The translations under genes and the position numbers were made by a program. Source: Eledone cirrhosa (Eukaryota). Taken from it: a DNA stretch of 64,000 bases. The stretch lies in the NCBI GenBank assembly GCA_964016885.1, contig OZ024743.1:103788001-103852000 (forward strand). Direction: 5' to 3'. Shown piece after piece: positions 1 to 13,835 of the stretch (position 1 is the stretch's first letter; each line of letters begins with the position of its first letter). Under the pieces are notes generated by a model, which saw nothing but the letters and a program-made list of their open reading frames with translations, searched no databases and was not told the DNA's origin.

Positions 1-139
1 ATTGTACTTGTAATTTCCTAACTAGTTGTGTTCTTTCTGTTCCTGTGAAGCCCAGGTTTTCAAGATTTGTATTGGGGCAGTCACTAACATACCCCAGTGC
101 CCCAATAATCACAGGTATAAATCTGAAGGTGTAATCAGG

Positions 140-170
140 TTGGAGTATGTGTGTATGTATGTATGTATCT

Positions 171-203
<33 letters not shown>

Positions 204-505
204 CATGTATGTATGTATATATGTGTGTGTATATGCATGTATGTATGTGGGTATGTATGCGTGTATGTATGTGTTCATGTCCGCATCCATGCGTGTACGT
301 CTGTATGTATGTATGTGTGTATATGTAAGTATGTGTGTATACGTGTATGTATGAATGTATGCATGCTGCGTGCCTCTGTGTGTGTGTATGTATGCATGTA
401 TATATGTGTATATGTATGCATTTGTATGTGAATGTATGTATTTATGTATGTATATATTTATATATATAAGTATATATATGTACGTATGTGCTCATGTATA
501 TATAA

Positions 506-536
<31 letters not shown>

Positions 537-538
537 AA

Positions 539-576
<38 letters not shown>

Positions 577-659
577 CATATACATATATATATATATATA
601 CATATACACATATATATACATATACATAAATATATATATATACATACATATACATATAC

Positions 660-690
<31 letters not shown>

Positions 691-724
691 CATATACATA
701 TATATACACACACACACACATATA

Positions 725-806
<82 letters not shown>

Positions 807-870
807 ACACACACACACCCACATATATATATATGCATGTATGAGTGTTTATTTGTGTGTGTGTGTATAG
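140..870. repeat. Compound (TG)n/(TATG)n/(TA)n microsatellite
   Basis: Seen directly; the YIYI/CVCV ORFs here are artefacts. Confidence 0.95.
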
Positions 871-2546
871 CATTAAATATACCACTCGCCATCGATAATG
901 ACTTGGTAGTGCGTGCAGTGCTGGACTTACCTAAAAGAAAAATAATCTATAGCTTAGGGTCACACCATTTTTTTTTTTTATATATTTTAATTTTATCATT
1001 AGATTTCATTCTTTAACACAAAATCCACAAAAATGATATCTATATATACTATTTAGTCTTTATCATCAACCTTAATATGAAAAATAAGAATAATTATGTG
1101 TAATAATTTAAAGATGTTTTTCCCGAAAATTTTTAGAGAGGGTCTCAAATTTCATATAGCTAGAGGGTCTTAGCGGGTGAAAGTCCCGGGGTGAACGCCT
1201 TATGCCGTTGCAGTGGAAAAGCAAGCAGTGGACCTCTCCCACGTGGCCAAATGGAACATCCGGGATGGGATATCTGAATGAAGACAGTTACTTTTTTTTC
1301 AACCCGAAAGAGGAAAATGTGGAATAGAATTCTAAGTGTATGAGTGTGTTGGGCGGATAAACACAACAAACAACGCGCCTCATTTTAACTAACATATATG
1401 TATGTCTATATATAGATAAATAAATATAAATAAATATGTATATTGGTTCGTCAAGTATGAAATTTGTAGAAATTTGGGGTTTTTTCTACAAATTTCATAT
1501 TTACGTATACATTCAGGGCCGGATTTAATGAGGGACAAAAGGGTGCAATTGCCCCGAACCCCCTGCAGTGGTGTGGCGCACCAACGACGGCCGTAGCAAT
1601 TTATTTGTGCTCTCAGCTGGGCTTTTTAGTTTTAGGATGGTTAGAATTTTTTAATTTAATACCTGTATTTATAACTTTTCAGTTCCAATTACTTGCGCCA
1701 AGCTAAATTTGATATCTAAAATTGGGGAGTTTGCTGTGTATTCTAAAATTGGAGAGTTTGCTGTGTATTCGATTTTTTTCAAACTTTACATATGTATTAC
1801 TTATGTTTCAGGGAGTGTTATGCACATAAAAAAAATTCAACTTTTTCATCCCCTAGGGCCCACATTAGGTGAAAAACTGATTAACAAGGAAGGTTAATCA
1901 TACTTAAAGGTATAAATTTAATTTTTACCCAAACTAGCCATGCGTGGTTACACGCTTGTAAAAATTATCTCCTGTGATTATTCATGTATATTTATATGTT
2001 AATCAATTTCTAGTTATTATAAAATGCTCGGATATATCTTTGAGCTTATTTCCAGGCGATATGGCGCACGCCGTTATGGCATGACACCCACAATTTCGAT
2101 TTGGATTAAATTCATTTAATTTATCTTAATTTTGGATATAGATATATATATACGGCTCCTTAATTGTAGAGCTATTTCTGTTGAAGGGAATTTGACTGCT
2201 ATTTCTAGTTGTCGAATACCTATTCACGCCACTGAAACGAAGCTGCTGTGATGTGTAGACACAACACGTGGTAGCGGCCAGATGAGGAATTGAACTCGCT
2301 GTGTGAGCATGGATAGCTGGACATTATTCTTCCTTGTTGACAATCCAATAATATCCACTTTCCGTGACTTACCATCTGATTAATTGGTGAAATATATTTC
2401 TTTAATGGGATATATACAAGGAAGGGTAATCATACTTAAAGGTATAAATTTAATTATTACCCAAACTAGCCATGCGTGGTTACACGCTTGTAAAAATTAT
2501 CTCCTGTGATTATTCATGTATATTTATATGTTAATCAATTTCTAGT

Positions 2547-2621
<75 letters not shown>

Positions 2622-2627
<6 letters not shown>

Positions 2628-3051
2628 TTATGTATAGTATATTTGGCAATATACTGTATGTTTAATTAAAAACATTTAGAAGACCATTCGCTATGAGTTT
2701 TAAAGTAGTGACTATGTCACTTACTTATTCTTGGCAAATAACAACAGAGTGATCAACAGACAGTCTGTTTCTCGCTTGTGGGCGTTTATCAAGACCACAC
2801 ACTCTGCTGCTTTGCCGAGAATTATAGAAGCTGGATTCTTATAGAATTCCAGTAATAATCTCACAAGCGGGAAACAGACTGTCTGTCGATCGCTCTCTGT
2901 TGTTATTTGCCGAGAATAAGTAAGTGACATAGTCACTACTTTAAAACTCATACCGAATGGTCTTCTAAATGTTTTTAATTAAACATACAGTATATTGCCA
3001 AATATACTATACATACATTCATGTATACACCGCTATTTCAGAGCACCAATA

Positions 3052-3055
<4 letters not shown>
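2622..3055. mobile_element. Short inverted-repeat element between (TA)n tracts (PLE-end-like)
   Basis: About 2630-2781 is the reverse complement of about 2862-3014; its end matches 12075-12115. Confidence 0.6.
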
Positions 3056-3074
<19 letters not shown>

Positions 3075-3085
<11 letters not shown>

Positions 3086-5712
3086 TAATATTAATAAATG
3101 GAAACTATCTTTATAAAACCATATTTATTTTATTATACATATTTCAAGGGTACCAAAATTTTTGGTACGCACTCATCAGATAAAATATAAAAGTTGTTTT
3201 ACAGATAGTGACATATTCAAAACTAGAACTTATCGTTTTGAATTATGTTTGAATAGTGAAGAATAACTTCAAATCATAGGATGAATATGCTAATGAGGAT
3301 ACCGTTAAAATTGAAAAGGGTCGTTATATTTAGATGCTAGGTAAATTTAAATAATTTTAGAATATGATGCTTTACATAGAGCTGGTTACATGAATAAAAT
3401 TAAATACATAGATAGCAATAGCATGCAAAATCATCCTAAAATTTACTATAATAATAATAATAAGCAAATTAACCTAAATAGTAAATCAAACAAAATAGAA
3501 ATATTATTTGGTACTCTCCTCCAATCTCATTAGGAATTAAAACACTTTTAGCAAACCTATCCTTCAAAGCATTAGATAAGTGTTTTCCTAAATTCCATAG
3601 ATACCACTCTATTTTTAACAGGCATACTATCAAACTATCTTACTCTACTACTATGAGCATAGCACAAAATATTAATAGAATTAATAATAGAAACTTAAAA
3701 TTAAACCCAACCTAAATAAACCATAATAACAATAATAATATTACTAATAACAATACTAATAATAATCGTACCGTTCCTATAGACAACAACTCTAGAAAAT
3801 GTAACTGTAGAAACGAATTAAGTTGCCCTTTACAGAATAATTGTCTAGATAAAAACTTAGTATACAAATGCACAGTAAAAACTAGAAATAAATTATTTAA
3901 CTATATAGGAACCACTTCTACAAAATTTAAGGAATGCTGGTATAATCACAAACACACATTTAATAGATCGGACAAAAAAATTCTCAACATCACTTTCACA
4001 CCTAATTCGGTACTTAAAAGACAATAATATTGACTATTCAATCTCTTGGAGAACGATTTCGAAAGCACCCGCATACCGAAATAAGAATTTGTCATTTATG
4101 TATTGAAGAAATATTTCACATAATTACCAATCAAAACGCTATAAACAAAAGAAAGAATTATTTAACTCTTGCAGGCATCGTCAGTCTAAGACTATTGGAA
4201 GTATCTATAATCTATAGAAAATATGATATATTGCCTCTATATCTCACCTGTTTACATTTTATATGTATTCGCCGTGCTTTGTAGTGTTTTTTTGTGATGT
4301 TTTTAAATGATATTTTTTAATGTATTTTTTCGTGATGGTTTTAATGATGTTTTCGAATATACTTTGGACGTCTGTAGAATTTTGTTCCTAATAGACTCTA
4401 TAGGCATTGTAAATCCATACAAATACTTAATATCATTTAACTTATACATAGATATAGGTAATATTATCAGAATACATACAAAATTGTTATCATGGAAAGT
4501 ATGTAATATATGATACTATAAAATCATATATAAAATAATTTTTACATATATCGTAATTAGAATATTATTTTGAAGTAAATTCTAGAATAAGCGGTAAATA
4601 TAATTTAACTATTTAAACTAAGAAATATTACAGTTATCTTTTCCTTCGAAATGTAACACGCTTACGCATTTTTTCTAAATAACAGTTAAACTTTACATAA
4701 ATATTAAAATTTATAAGAATTTCGTAAATTTATTCCTGTCTTGATGCAACTATTGAATATACAAAATAGTGTACATCTATAATAAAATAGAACTACTTCC
4801 ATTTTCTTAAAACATATATTGAAAATGTAAACAAATCTTCATATATAAAAAATATTTAAATTATCTATCTATTAAAAAAAAACATATATACTCACCAAAA
4901 TTATTTATATATAAATAACTTGTCGTAATATAATAAAATAAAATATACTTGCAACTCTAATCTTCATAAAATATACTTATAAATATTATCTCTATAATAT
5001 TAAAACACACCATTAGAATTGACCCAATCGTATATATGAATACAATATATCTCTCACGTTTTAAATTAATATTCTCCCACTTTAACACATTTATAATTCT
5101 CACATTATATTATAAATACTCCCAAAATATATAATTAAATAATTAAATATAATTATTTCACTCTTTCTACACCCTCACAAATATTCTCCATACAATTTAT
5201 ATACATTTATTAATATAAATAGTCTATTTTTAACTCTAATATACTTTTTTCTTATATTATTTCCTTAAATTTCTTCCACCCTAAGAATTGTTTCTACTTT
5301 TGGTACATGGCCAGCAATTACCCAGTACATTACTGGTACTTTATTTTATCGACCCTGTAAGGATGAAAGGGAAAGTTATCCTCGGCGGGTAATAATAACC
5401 TCTATCTCCTCTTCCCTTAAAAAATAATCCGAATAATTATTTAAATTTACCTAGCGTCTAAAATATAACGATCTTTTTCAATTTAAACGGTATCCTCATT
5501 AGCATATTCATCCTATGATTTGAAGTTATTCTTCACTATTCAAACATAATTCAAAACGATAAGTTCTAGTTTTGAATATGTCACTATCTCTAAAACAACT
5601 TTTATATTTTATCTGATGAGTGCGTACCAAAAATGTTGGTATCCTTGAAATATATATAATAAAATAAATATGGTTTTATAAAGATAGTTTCCATTTATTA
5701 ATATTATTGATA
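3075..5712 (+). mobile_element. Degenerate Penelope-like element with inverted pLTRs
   Basis: GIY-YIG relic CNCRNELSCPLQNNCLDKNLVYKCTV...YIGTT (about 3800-4200); 3075-3360 is an inverted copy of 5435-5712; HHR motif in each arm. Confidence 0.8.
5605..5666 (+). ncRNA. Minimal type I hammerhead ribozyme (family A); mirror copy 3126-3187 (-)
   Basis: tattttat CTGATGA [gtacca/tggtat hairpin] GAAA tatata TA ataaaata. Confidence 0.8.
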
Positions 5713-6219
5713 TTATACTCTAGAAGGATCTGTAGAGTGCTTCTAGCCTGTAATAAACTAAATTTGTTGAATAACCAACAAATTAAATAACTTATTGCTT
5801 ATATATATATATATATATAGGGTGTCCCTAAAAATGTATACACACTTCAACAGCATTCTAATAATGTGTATACTTTTCTTTGGGAGGGGGGACATTATGT
5901 GTATGAGGGGAGGGGGGCTGCGCACGTGTGTGTGTGTGTGTACAACCCAAAGAAAAGAGAAAGCAATTAATATGTTGAGATCTTTACTAATTTACATATT
6001 CCGTGTACTTTCATAGACGTTAATATGTCTAACTACATCAAATTCTTGTCAATTTTTACAAAACACCTGACAGAGATAGACAGATAATTGTGCTACGTTT
6101 TATGACATGTTTTCTATTATGTATTCGTCTGCTCAATAGTTTATGTGTATGTGAATTTGATTTATATTGTGCAGTTTATATGTTTCGTTTATTAACACTT
6201 AGTGTTTGAGTAGATAACG

Positions 6220-6490
6220 AATTGGCAGAATGATGAGAACGTCGATAGAATGTTTTACGGTATTCGTTTCGGCTTTCTGCACACTGAGTTCAAAGCCCGC
6301 TGAGGTCAACTTTACCTCTCATCCTTTCAAGGTCGATAAAATAAGTACCTGTCCAATACTGGAGTCGATTATTCTTCTATATCTCTTTCTCGTTCCCCCT
6401 ATCTTTCTCTGGAATAAATCGATTGTGTTCAGACCTGGTGATGGGAGGGAGGGGATCCGCCAGGTATAAAATGACCAATAAATACCCCAA
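6220..6490 (+). mobile_element. tRNA-derived SINE, long-tail subfamily (related copies 11690-11980 -, 25330-25545 -)
   Basis: A box TGGCAGAATG, B box GAGTTCAAAGCC, conserved body TCATCCTT..GGTCGATAAAATAAGTACC. Confidence 0.75.
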
Positions 6491-6890
6491 TAAATAGTCC
6501 ATTACGAGTTACGAGTACATACACTCAATGTTTGAAGTTTCTGTTGTATTGAATCTATGCCTATGTCCATCAGTGACTTGGTCTTCTTATCTGATTCAAT
6601 ATCCATTGATATTGGTTTTATTTAGTGCTTCGTTTGTGAGTTAAAATTTAAATGCTAGTCGACGTAGGAATTTTACTAACAAATGCTGCAAATCATTTCT
6701 TCCAATACTCTAATAATTCAACTAATCCAGCACCCTTAACCTCTATAATAATTGTTTCTGCTTTTGGCACAAGGCCAGCAATTATCCCAGTGCATTACTG
6801 GTACTTTATTTTATCGGTCCCATAAGGTTGAAACAGGCTAAATGGGAAGGCTGTGGTAAAGTCTGGTCAAGTGATGTTAAAATCAATCCG

Positions 6891-6993
<103 letters not shown>

Positions 6994-9007
6994 GATGGAG
7001 GCATTTATATTTGCGTGTGCATATTTATCTTCCTATATGTATATACGGAGGGAGAGATGTATACTGAGAGGAAGGATGAACAGATAACGTAAGGGAAGCA
7101 GATAACAGATATCACTATTGGTATATATACCTACATATATATATAATGGCTGCAACCTCTGCTAAGAGTATTGCAATTGCTTGTCAGATTACAGAAAATG
7201 GTCTACTTTTAGGCTACGACCAGCGACACGAACCTGTAACAATCCTTAACAACCAAAGGTTTTTTTAAGTGGGGAAAGGCCATGCACTCGACCAATTCCA
7301 CTCTTTGAGCATCGAAAACACTACCCGGAAAAGAGAACTGGTCAACATCATCGGATGCTTCCCTCTCTTAAAAAGGTGTTGTGACAACAACTGGGGACCT
7401 TTCACTCCCAGGCATATATATATATACATACATATACATATTCTGGCGTCAATGAAAACAGCAAAAAAGAACCAGCTAAACACTAATTGGTTACATTGCT
7501 AGGTGGCTTTCATTATAAAATAAATTGTTTGTTATTGCTGTTTAGCTCTAATTAAGCTCTGAAATAGAGTACCCTAGATTATAATAATCAATGTTCTACC
7601 TTTCTAAGACAGTAGAGTGTATTTTATTGGAAACTCGCCTGCTATTTCTAACAAGTAGAGTACCGCAGTGGTCGCCAACATGGGTTCCGCGGAACCTTGG
7701 GGTTCCGTAAAACAAACTCCGGGTTCCTTAAAAAAATAAATATTTACATTACCATTAATATTTTGGGTTTTCTGAAAAAGGTGCAAAGAAAATGCCAAAG
7801 GTGCAATGTATAAATGAACAAGTACTATTGTAGTATACACAGGTTCTCCAATTCAATTCGTGGAAAACACTACTTTCAGTTTCTCACTTGAATTAGCAGA
7901 AAAACACTGTTCTGAGATTCGTGGAAATTGAATACTTTCAATTTCACATCAATTCTTGGAAAGACATAGTTTTCTGAATTCCGAGAATTTGACTACTACT
8001 GATAATACACTAATTGAACTTAGAAATTGACCAATCACGAACAAGTAAATGTTGGTCGATGACAGCATAACTTTAAACTGAAAACTTCAGTTCAGCGAGG
8101 TCTCTCAGCCGAGAGACAGAGTCAGTTCGCTGTTCTCACAACGTAAGTTCAGTAGAATGTTTTCAATAGAGAACACGTTTTAATCTGCTGTCCTCACAAA
8201 AGCTTTAAAGTCACCTAAAGTTTCCTCACAGAGTGAACTCGCTTACTAGTCGTTTTCAACATGCATCCAGTTCCACAGAAAATGAAGAACACGTTACATT
8301 CTGTTGTACTTTGCACAGAAAATATAACGCCTGTAAAGTTTCGACTACTAACAAAGGTAATTTTGTATTCCATGCATACACTATAAACGTTGCCACACAA
8401 TTATGTATTCATTTGATGACATCTGCATTCACAGTTGAGAAATTACTTCATACAATAAATATATATGTCCACAAGCATTTGACTAAACTTTATTTGTTCC
8501 AATCTAATATATGTTTAACGCAGCCTAAAGCCTTCTTATATTATATCTAACTTTGAGTCAAAATAGATAGAAGATATCTGAATTAATTTCCAATACCATC
8601 GTCACATCTTCTACACTATCAGCTGATTTGCATTTTTTGCACCTTTTAGTATGGCGGATATTTAAATATATTTATATTACCAATAATATTTAATACGACC
8701 CTAAAGTAGTATATGCAGGAAGTGCTGGACTCTGAAAAAAATTTCTTCGAGTTGTTTATAAATTTGCACCTTTTTCAGTAACCCCTAATATTTTAATATT
8801 ATTATAAGACTTTAAATAATGTTTGCCATCCTAAAATGGAGAAATTTCAATTTTTAAAAATTAAAATTTTTTTTTAACTAGTTAAGTTTTTCCAAATATC
8901 TAAAATTAAAGTTAATTTAAGTACTTTTTGTAATAAAAAAAACTGTTAATTTCTCTTGTTTATTATTGTCATATTAAAAAGTTTAACTGTAGATAAATAA
9001 CATTGAT

Positions 9008-11395
9008 ATGATGTCTACTGCAAAGAAGCTGAAGTTAGATACCAGCAGTAAGGTTAGACAGTGGTGTGATGATTATGTTAGATATGGATTTCAAAAAGCT
9101 GACACTAAAAAAGATAACCAAATCAGCCCATGTGTTTGCTATGTTCAAAAGTTCTATCAAATAGCTGTTTAAATCCTGCAAAACTTAAAAGACACCTTGA
9201 TACTAATCACACCAATGATAAAAACAAGTCACTGATAAAAACAAGTGAATGATAAAAACAAGTCACTTTACTTCGCTGAAAAACAACATAAAAAAATCAC
9301 AAGCTAATATGTATGACTTGTTTTGTAAAAAGTCAGATAGAAATAAAGCTTTAACAAGAACATCTTTTTAGATTTCACATTTGATTGGTAAAAACAAGAA
9401 ACCATTTACATTAGGAGAACAGTTAATTCTGCCAAGTATAAAAATTGCTACAGAGAATCTTTTTGAAAGATGCAGTATTAAGGACAAAGAAAAATTAAGC
9501 CAGTTACCATTGTCATCAAATACCGTAAAAAGAAGGATAATTGATATTTCTTCTGATATAGAAAATCAGATACTAACTGCACTAAAGAAAAGCACATGTT
9601 TTGGTCTGCAAGTGGACGAAACTACGGATATTAATAACAATGGTCAATTAATTTGCTATGTACGGTTTGTAGACCTTGATAAAAAAAGAATTAGTAGAAG
9701 AGTATTTGTTTTGTCTGGTATTAGACATCACAACTAAAGGTCAAGATATATTCAATAAAATTGAAGAGTATTTTTTTTTAAATGGTGTATCTTGGAGCAA
9801 GTTCACTTCAATAACAACAGATGGAGCAGCTACAATGACTGTTAAAAATTCTGGTTTGATTGCAAAAATTAAAGAATAGACCCCAAATTGGGGCGATATC
9901 CAATTTTAGTGGACTAAATGCTGCTTACGTGCTGTAGTTGCTGTTTACTTCAATGTATGAGGCTATTCCAACAAATTTACATTCCCTTTTTTTTAGCCGT
10001 TAAAAGAAATATAGATTTATTTATTGTTTTTTTTTTTTGCGATTTATTTGCCACGTTTTTGTTTGTTTGTTTGTTTTTTTGCGATTTATTTGCCACTAGA
10101 GCATTAGGCGGGGGAATTTTTACAAAAATCAAGTACAAACATTTAACGAGTGATTAAAAATGAATATAAAAAATTAAGTCCTCAATAGAGAGGCAGCCTT
10201 TTGGGGTCACACACACCCCCGTAGAAAGTGTGCGACCTTTCTGCCAGGGAGCACAGAGAGAGTGGAATAGCCTCATACATTGAAGTAAGCAGCAACTACA
10301 GCACGTAAGCAGCATTTAGTCCACTAAAAATGGATATCGCCCCAAATTGTATTTCAAATCATTGTATGATTCATCGAGAGGTTTTGTGTTAAAAAAAAAT
10401 TCAAAGACAGAGATGCTCAAATATTAAATGACCAGCTGAAAGACATTGTCAAAATTATCAATTTGATCCATGCAAGAGCAAAAAATTCTAGAATGTTTGA
10501 ATCTATTTGTGAATCTTCTGGAAGTAATTATAATAGATTGTTATTGAACAATGATGTGCGTTGGCTGTCTTTTGGGGATGCTATGAAGAGAGTTTTTGAA
10601 CTGAGAGAAGGAATAATAGTTTTTCTAAAAAAACAGAATGATGAAAGAGCAAGTGTATTAGAAACCAATGAATGGAATGTGCAACTCGCTTATTTAATAG
10701 ACATTTTTGGTGAACTGAACAAACTAAATAAGTGTCTTCAGGGTAACAATGCAGATATTTTTACTTCAATCAATTTTATTACATATTTTCAATCAAAATT
10801 AAACATCTTTATAAAAAGAATTGAATCGGACAATTACTCATTACTTTCAAACCTTGAAATAGAGCTTAAAATGAGAGAAGATTTTGACTCCAGCAATCTA
10901 AAGAAGATTATTCTTTCTCATTTAAATGTGCTTTCCACAAGTTTTTCAGATTATTTTGACTTGATGGAAAAAGATATTGTTAGCAGAAATTTATGGATAA
11001 CAAACCCGTTCACCGAGATCGAGCAGTTAGTGTCAGAAAATGACGCTGGAAATTGTAAAAATTTACTACCTGCACAATGCTTACATCAGTTGATGGATTT
11101 GAATTCAAACGAAGACCTGAAAGTGATATTCGAAAGCAGAAAGAAAGAACTATGGATCGACTTATTCTTGATTGGGTAGTTTAATGAAATCAACCAACTT
11201 GCATTGAAATATTTGACTTTATTCCCATCTAGCTACTTGTGCGAAAAAGGGTTTTCGCAGTTGGTAGAAATCTGCACAAAGAAGAGGAATAAACTGTCAG
11301 CAATTGACGAGACTGGCATTAACTAGTGTTGAACCTCGATTTTCTAAACTCACTGATGAGGCGCAGCAGCAGAAAAGCCACTAGTTAATTGTGTT
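9008..11395 (+). pseudogene. hAT transposase (ZBED8/SCAND3-like), frameshifted and interrupted
   Basis: BED-finger relic, KPFTLGEQLI, LQVDETTD, TTDGAA, HCMIH, VRWLS, SYLCEKGFS; stops, frameshifts and a MITE insertion. Confidence 0.92.
9890..10343. mobile_element. MITE nested in the hAT transposase
   Basis: About 80-bp TIRs GGGGCGATATCCA...; TSD AAATT (or AAT); its removal rejoins TPNCISNHCMIH. Confidence 0.93.
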
Positions 11396-12928
11396 CGATT
11401 ACATACACACGCATGAAACACTAAACTAAATAAATACTTTATTATTTTTTTTTTGAAAAGTTTTGTATTGTATAGGTTCCGTGAAGAATTCAAAATATTT
11501 AGAGGGTTTCTCGGTTTTAGAAAGGTTGGCGACCACTGGAGTACCGCATAGAGACTTTCCGGTTGGTTCGCGCATGGGTTTGCTAATATTACTGTAGGAA
11601 TTAACAGACGTAATGTGGGGAACATAAAAACACCAAGATTGTTTTTCTTTTATTCCGTAACTCCTAAGAGTGTCGTAGGGTCGCCGTATTGACATACGGT
11701 GTTTTTAGGGCATTTTTAACCTGGCGAAGCCCAATCCCCTCCAGGTCTGAATACAGCAGATTTCTTCCCGAGAAGGATAGAGAGTGGGGGAATGGAAGTG
11801 AGAAAGAGATATAGAAGAAGAATCGATCCCAGTACTTTACTGGTACTTTGTTCGTCAATCTCAAATAGATGAAAGGCAAAGTTGACTGCTGCGGTATTTG
11901 AACTCAGAGAGCAGAGAGGTGAAACAAATACCATAAATCATTCTATCCGACATTCTAATGACTGTCACTTCGCCGCCTATCAACTATGACTACTACATTA
12001 CTAAGGAGAGGTAAACTTTGTTGAGCAATGTTCCACTATACGAAAGAAAGGAAAACAGAACAACTCAAACTTAAAAATTAGTATTGGTGCTCCAACATAG
12101 CGTTATACACATATATGTAGCCTTGTAGCCTTGACAAGCGAGAAACAACGACGGGAGATACAAAGATGGAGTCTGTTTGCCATTCGACCAGAGACATCAG
12201 CAGCAACAAGCGGAAAGAACAAAACAAGACAAGGGGAGGCGAAAACGTGAAAGATAAAATAGGGGTATGATAAAGATATGAAGAGTTACCTGTCTCTTGA
12301 CACTATCTGTTCGGTGTAGAAAGACTGACCTGGCTCAAGTTATGTATAAAACATATTTATATCTCCCGCCATTGGCTCCTTTTCCCTCTTCTTTCTTGCC
12401 ACTTTCCCACTTTTTTGTTATTTCCGCTTATTGTTGCGACTACTCACTTTCGAACAACAAACAGTCTTCTTTCTATCACCGCTCATTACCTGAGTTGGTC
12501 GCCCCTCTTAGTTCTCTCATTCTCATTCTTCTTTCTTAGCGTTGGACAACAGAGATTTGATTCCTGTTGCGTGATCAATAATTCTGGACTCAGTTTAGGC
12601 ATAGTCCCCCCTCACGTGAGAAACTATGTTGACATATTATATCGCAGATTATTGATAGAGGGCTGACGATCCAAATTTAACGCCAAGTACCTTATTCTTG
12701 TTAATCATTCATTCCATTGCTCTAGTCCACATTTTTCTCCTCGCCTTCTCCTCCCTCTCTTTCTGCCTTTAACCTCCTCTTTTCTCATCTCTTTCTCCCT
12801 CTCCGTTCGATTTGTGGTTATATCGCCCCCCCCCCCCCCTTCCCGCCAAAAATATTTACTATGCAAATAGTATGCAGCTGGTAACGGCTATATTCCGCGC
12901 TGAGAATACTCAAATTTTACAAATATTC

Positions 12929-12960
<32 letters not shown>

Positions 12961-13835
12961 CAAAGGAATTGTGGTAAGGAACAAGATGGACCATAACGCA
13001 CCAGAGTACTCAATACTTAGGGTAGTAGAGTGGGAAATAGGAAAAAGTATGACCCCGACGGCAGAGCTCAAGCCGTTTCGACGGCTATTTCTGGACTAAA
13101 TTAGAATTTTTAGCCTGGTGAATAAATAGCCGAACTTGTCAAGGGGGTACTTCCTTATATGGGAAGATTGTAGTTGTCAAGAGGATTGGTTAAAATTTGT
13201 TGTAAACACAAATAAGTCTATCATGGCATTTGCTGGGAGGTAAGGGTGGCTGACCTTGCCTGTAGAACAATAGGGGAGTGAGTGGAACGGTCAAGCGTTG
13301 AAAATGATATGTATACACCAGATTCTAAGGATAGTGTATGAAGTGGAGGGGGGAGGTTATAGGATAGGTAAATCGAATGAGTGGGAGACTATAAAAGATA
13401 ATAGAAATAAATAAAAATATATATAAAATTAGATAGTGAGAAATGAATTAAAAAAACCCACAATGCTATCTTACAATTACAGGTTAATAAGTTGAGAGTA
13501 GAAAAAACTTGTAGAAATTGAGTAGTAACAAAACTGAAACAAAATTAAAGGGGTTTAACACATCTGCTATAAGTAGTTAGTAAAACGTATTCGGCCAATT
13601 CTATCTTAAAATTACAGGGGTGGGGGAACTGATGCTACAGAGGCCCTATTGGCTGCATCGGGGTAGGCGAAAGGGGAAAGGCAGACGAGGAAGAAAATAG
13701 GGGGTGGAAGGAAGTGATAGGATGAGACAGGGGGAAGAAGAAGACAAAGAGGAAAAGAAAAGAGATACATCTAGCTATGTAATCTGGGGTTTCCCCTCAC
13801 TTATTCGGCAAGTGGGAGGGGGTATCAGCCCTTGT

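Larger units (their letters stand above)
7666..11538 (+). mobile_element. Full-length hAT (Buster/Charlie-type) DNA transposon
   Basis: TIRs CAGTGGTCGCCAAC / GTTGGCGACCACTG; perfect 8-bp TSD GAGTACCG (7658-7665, 11539-11546) with central TA. Confidence 0.95.

Noticed and set aside
26-892. Many ORFs of [12 protein letters not shown] type here and across the window
   Set aside because: Translations of dinucleotide microsatellites
1893-2552. ~125-bp direct repeat (1893-2020 and 2427-2552) as LTRs
   Set aside because: No TG..CA ends, PBS or TSD; probably a duplicated repeat end
2745-2800. UUGAUAA..GAAACAGACUGUC (- strand) as a third U3:A8 HHR
   Set aside because: Stem I pairs only with a 4-nt offset and 10.1/11.1 is A-A; too weak to call
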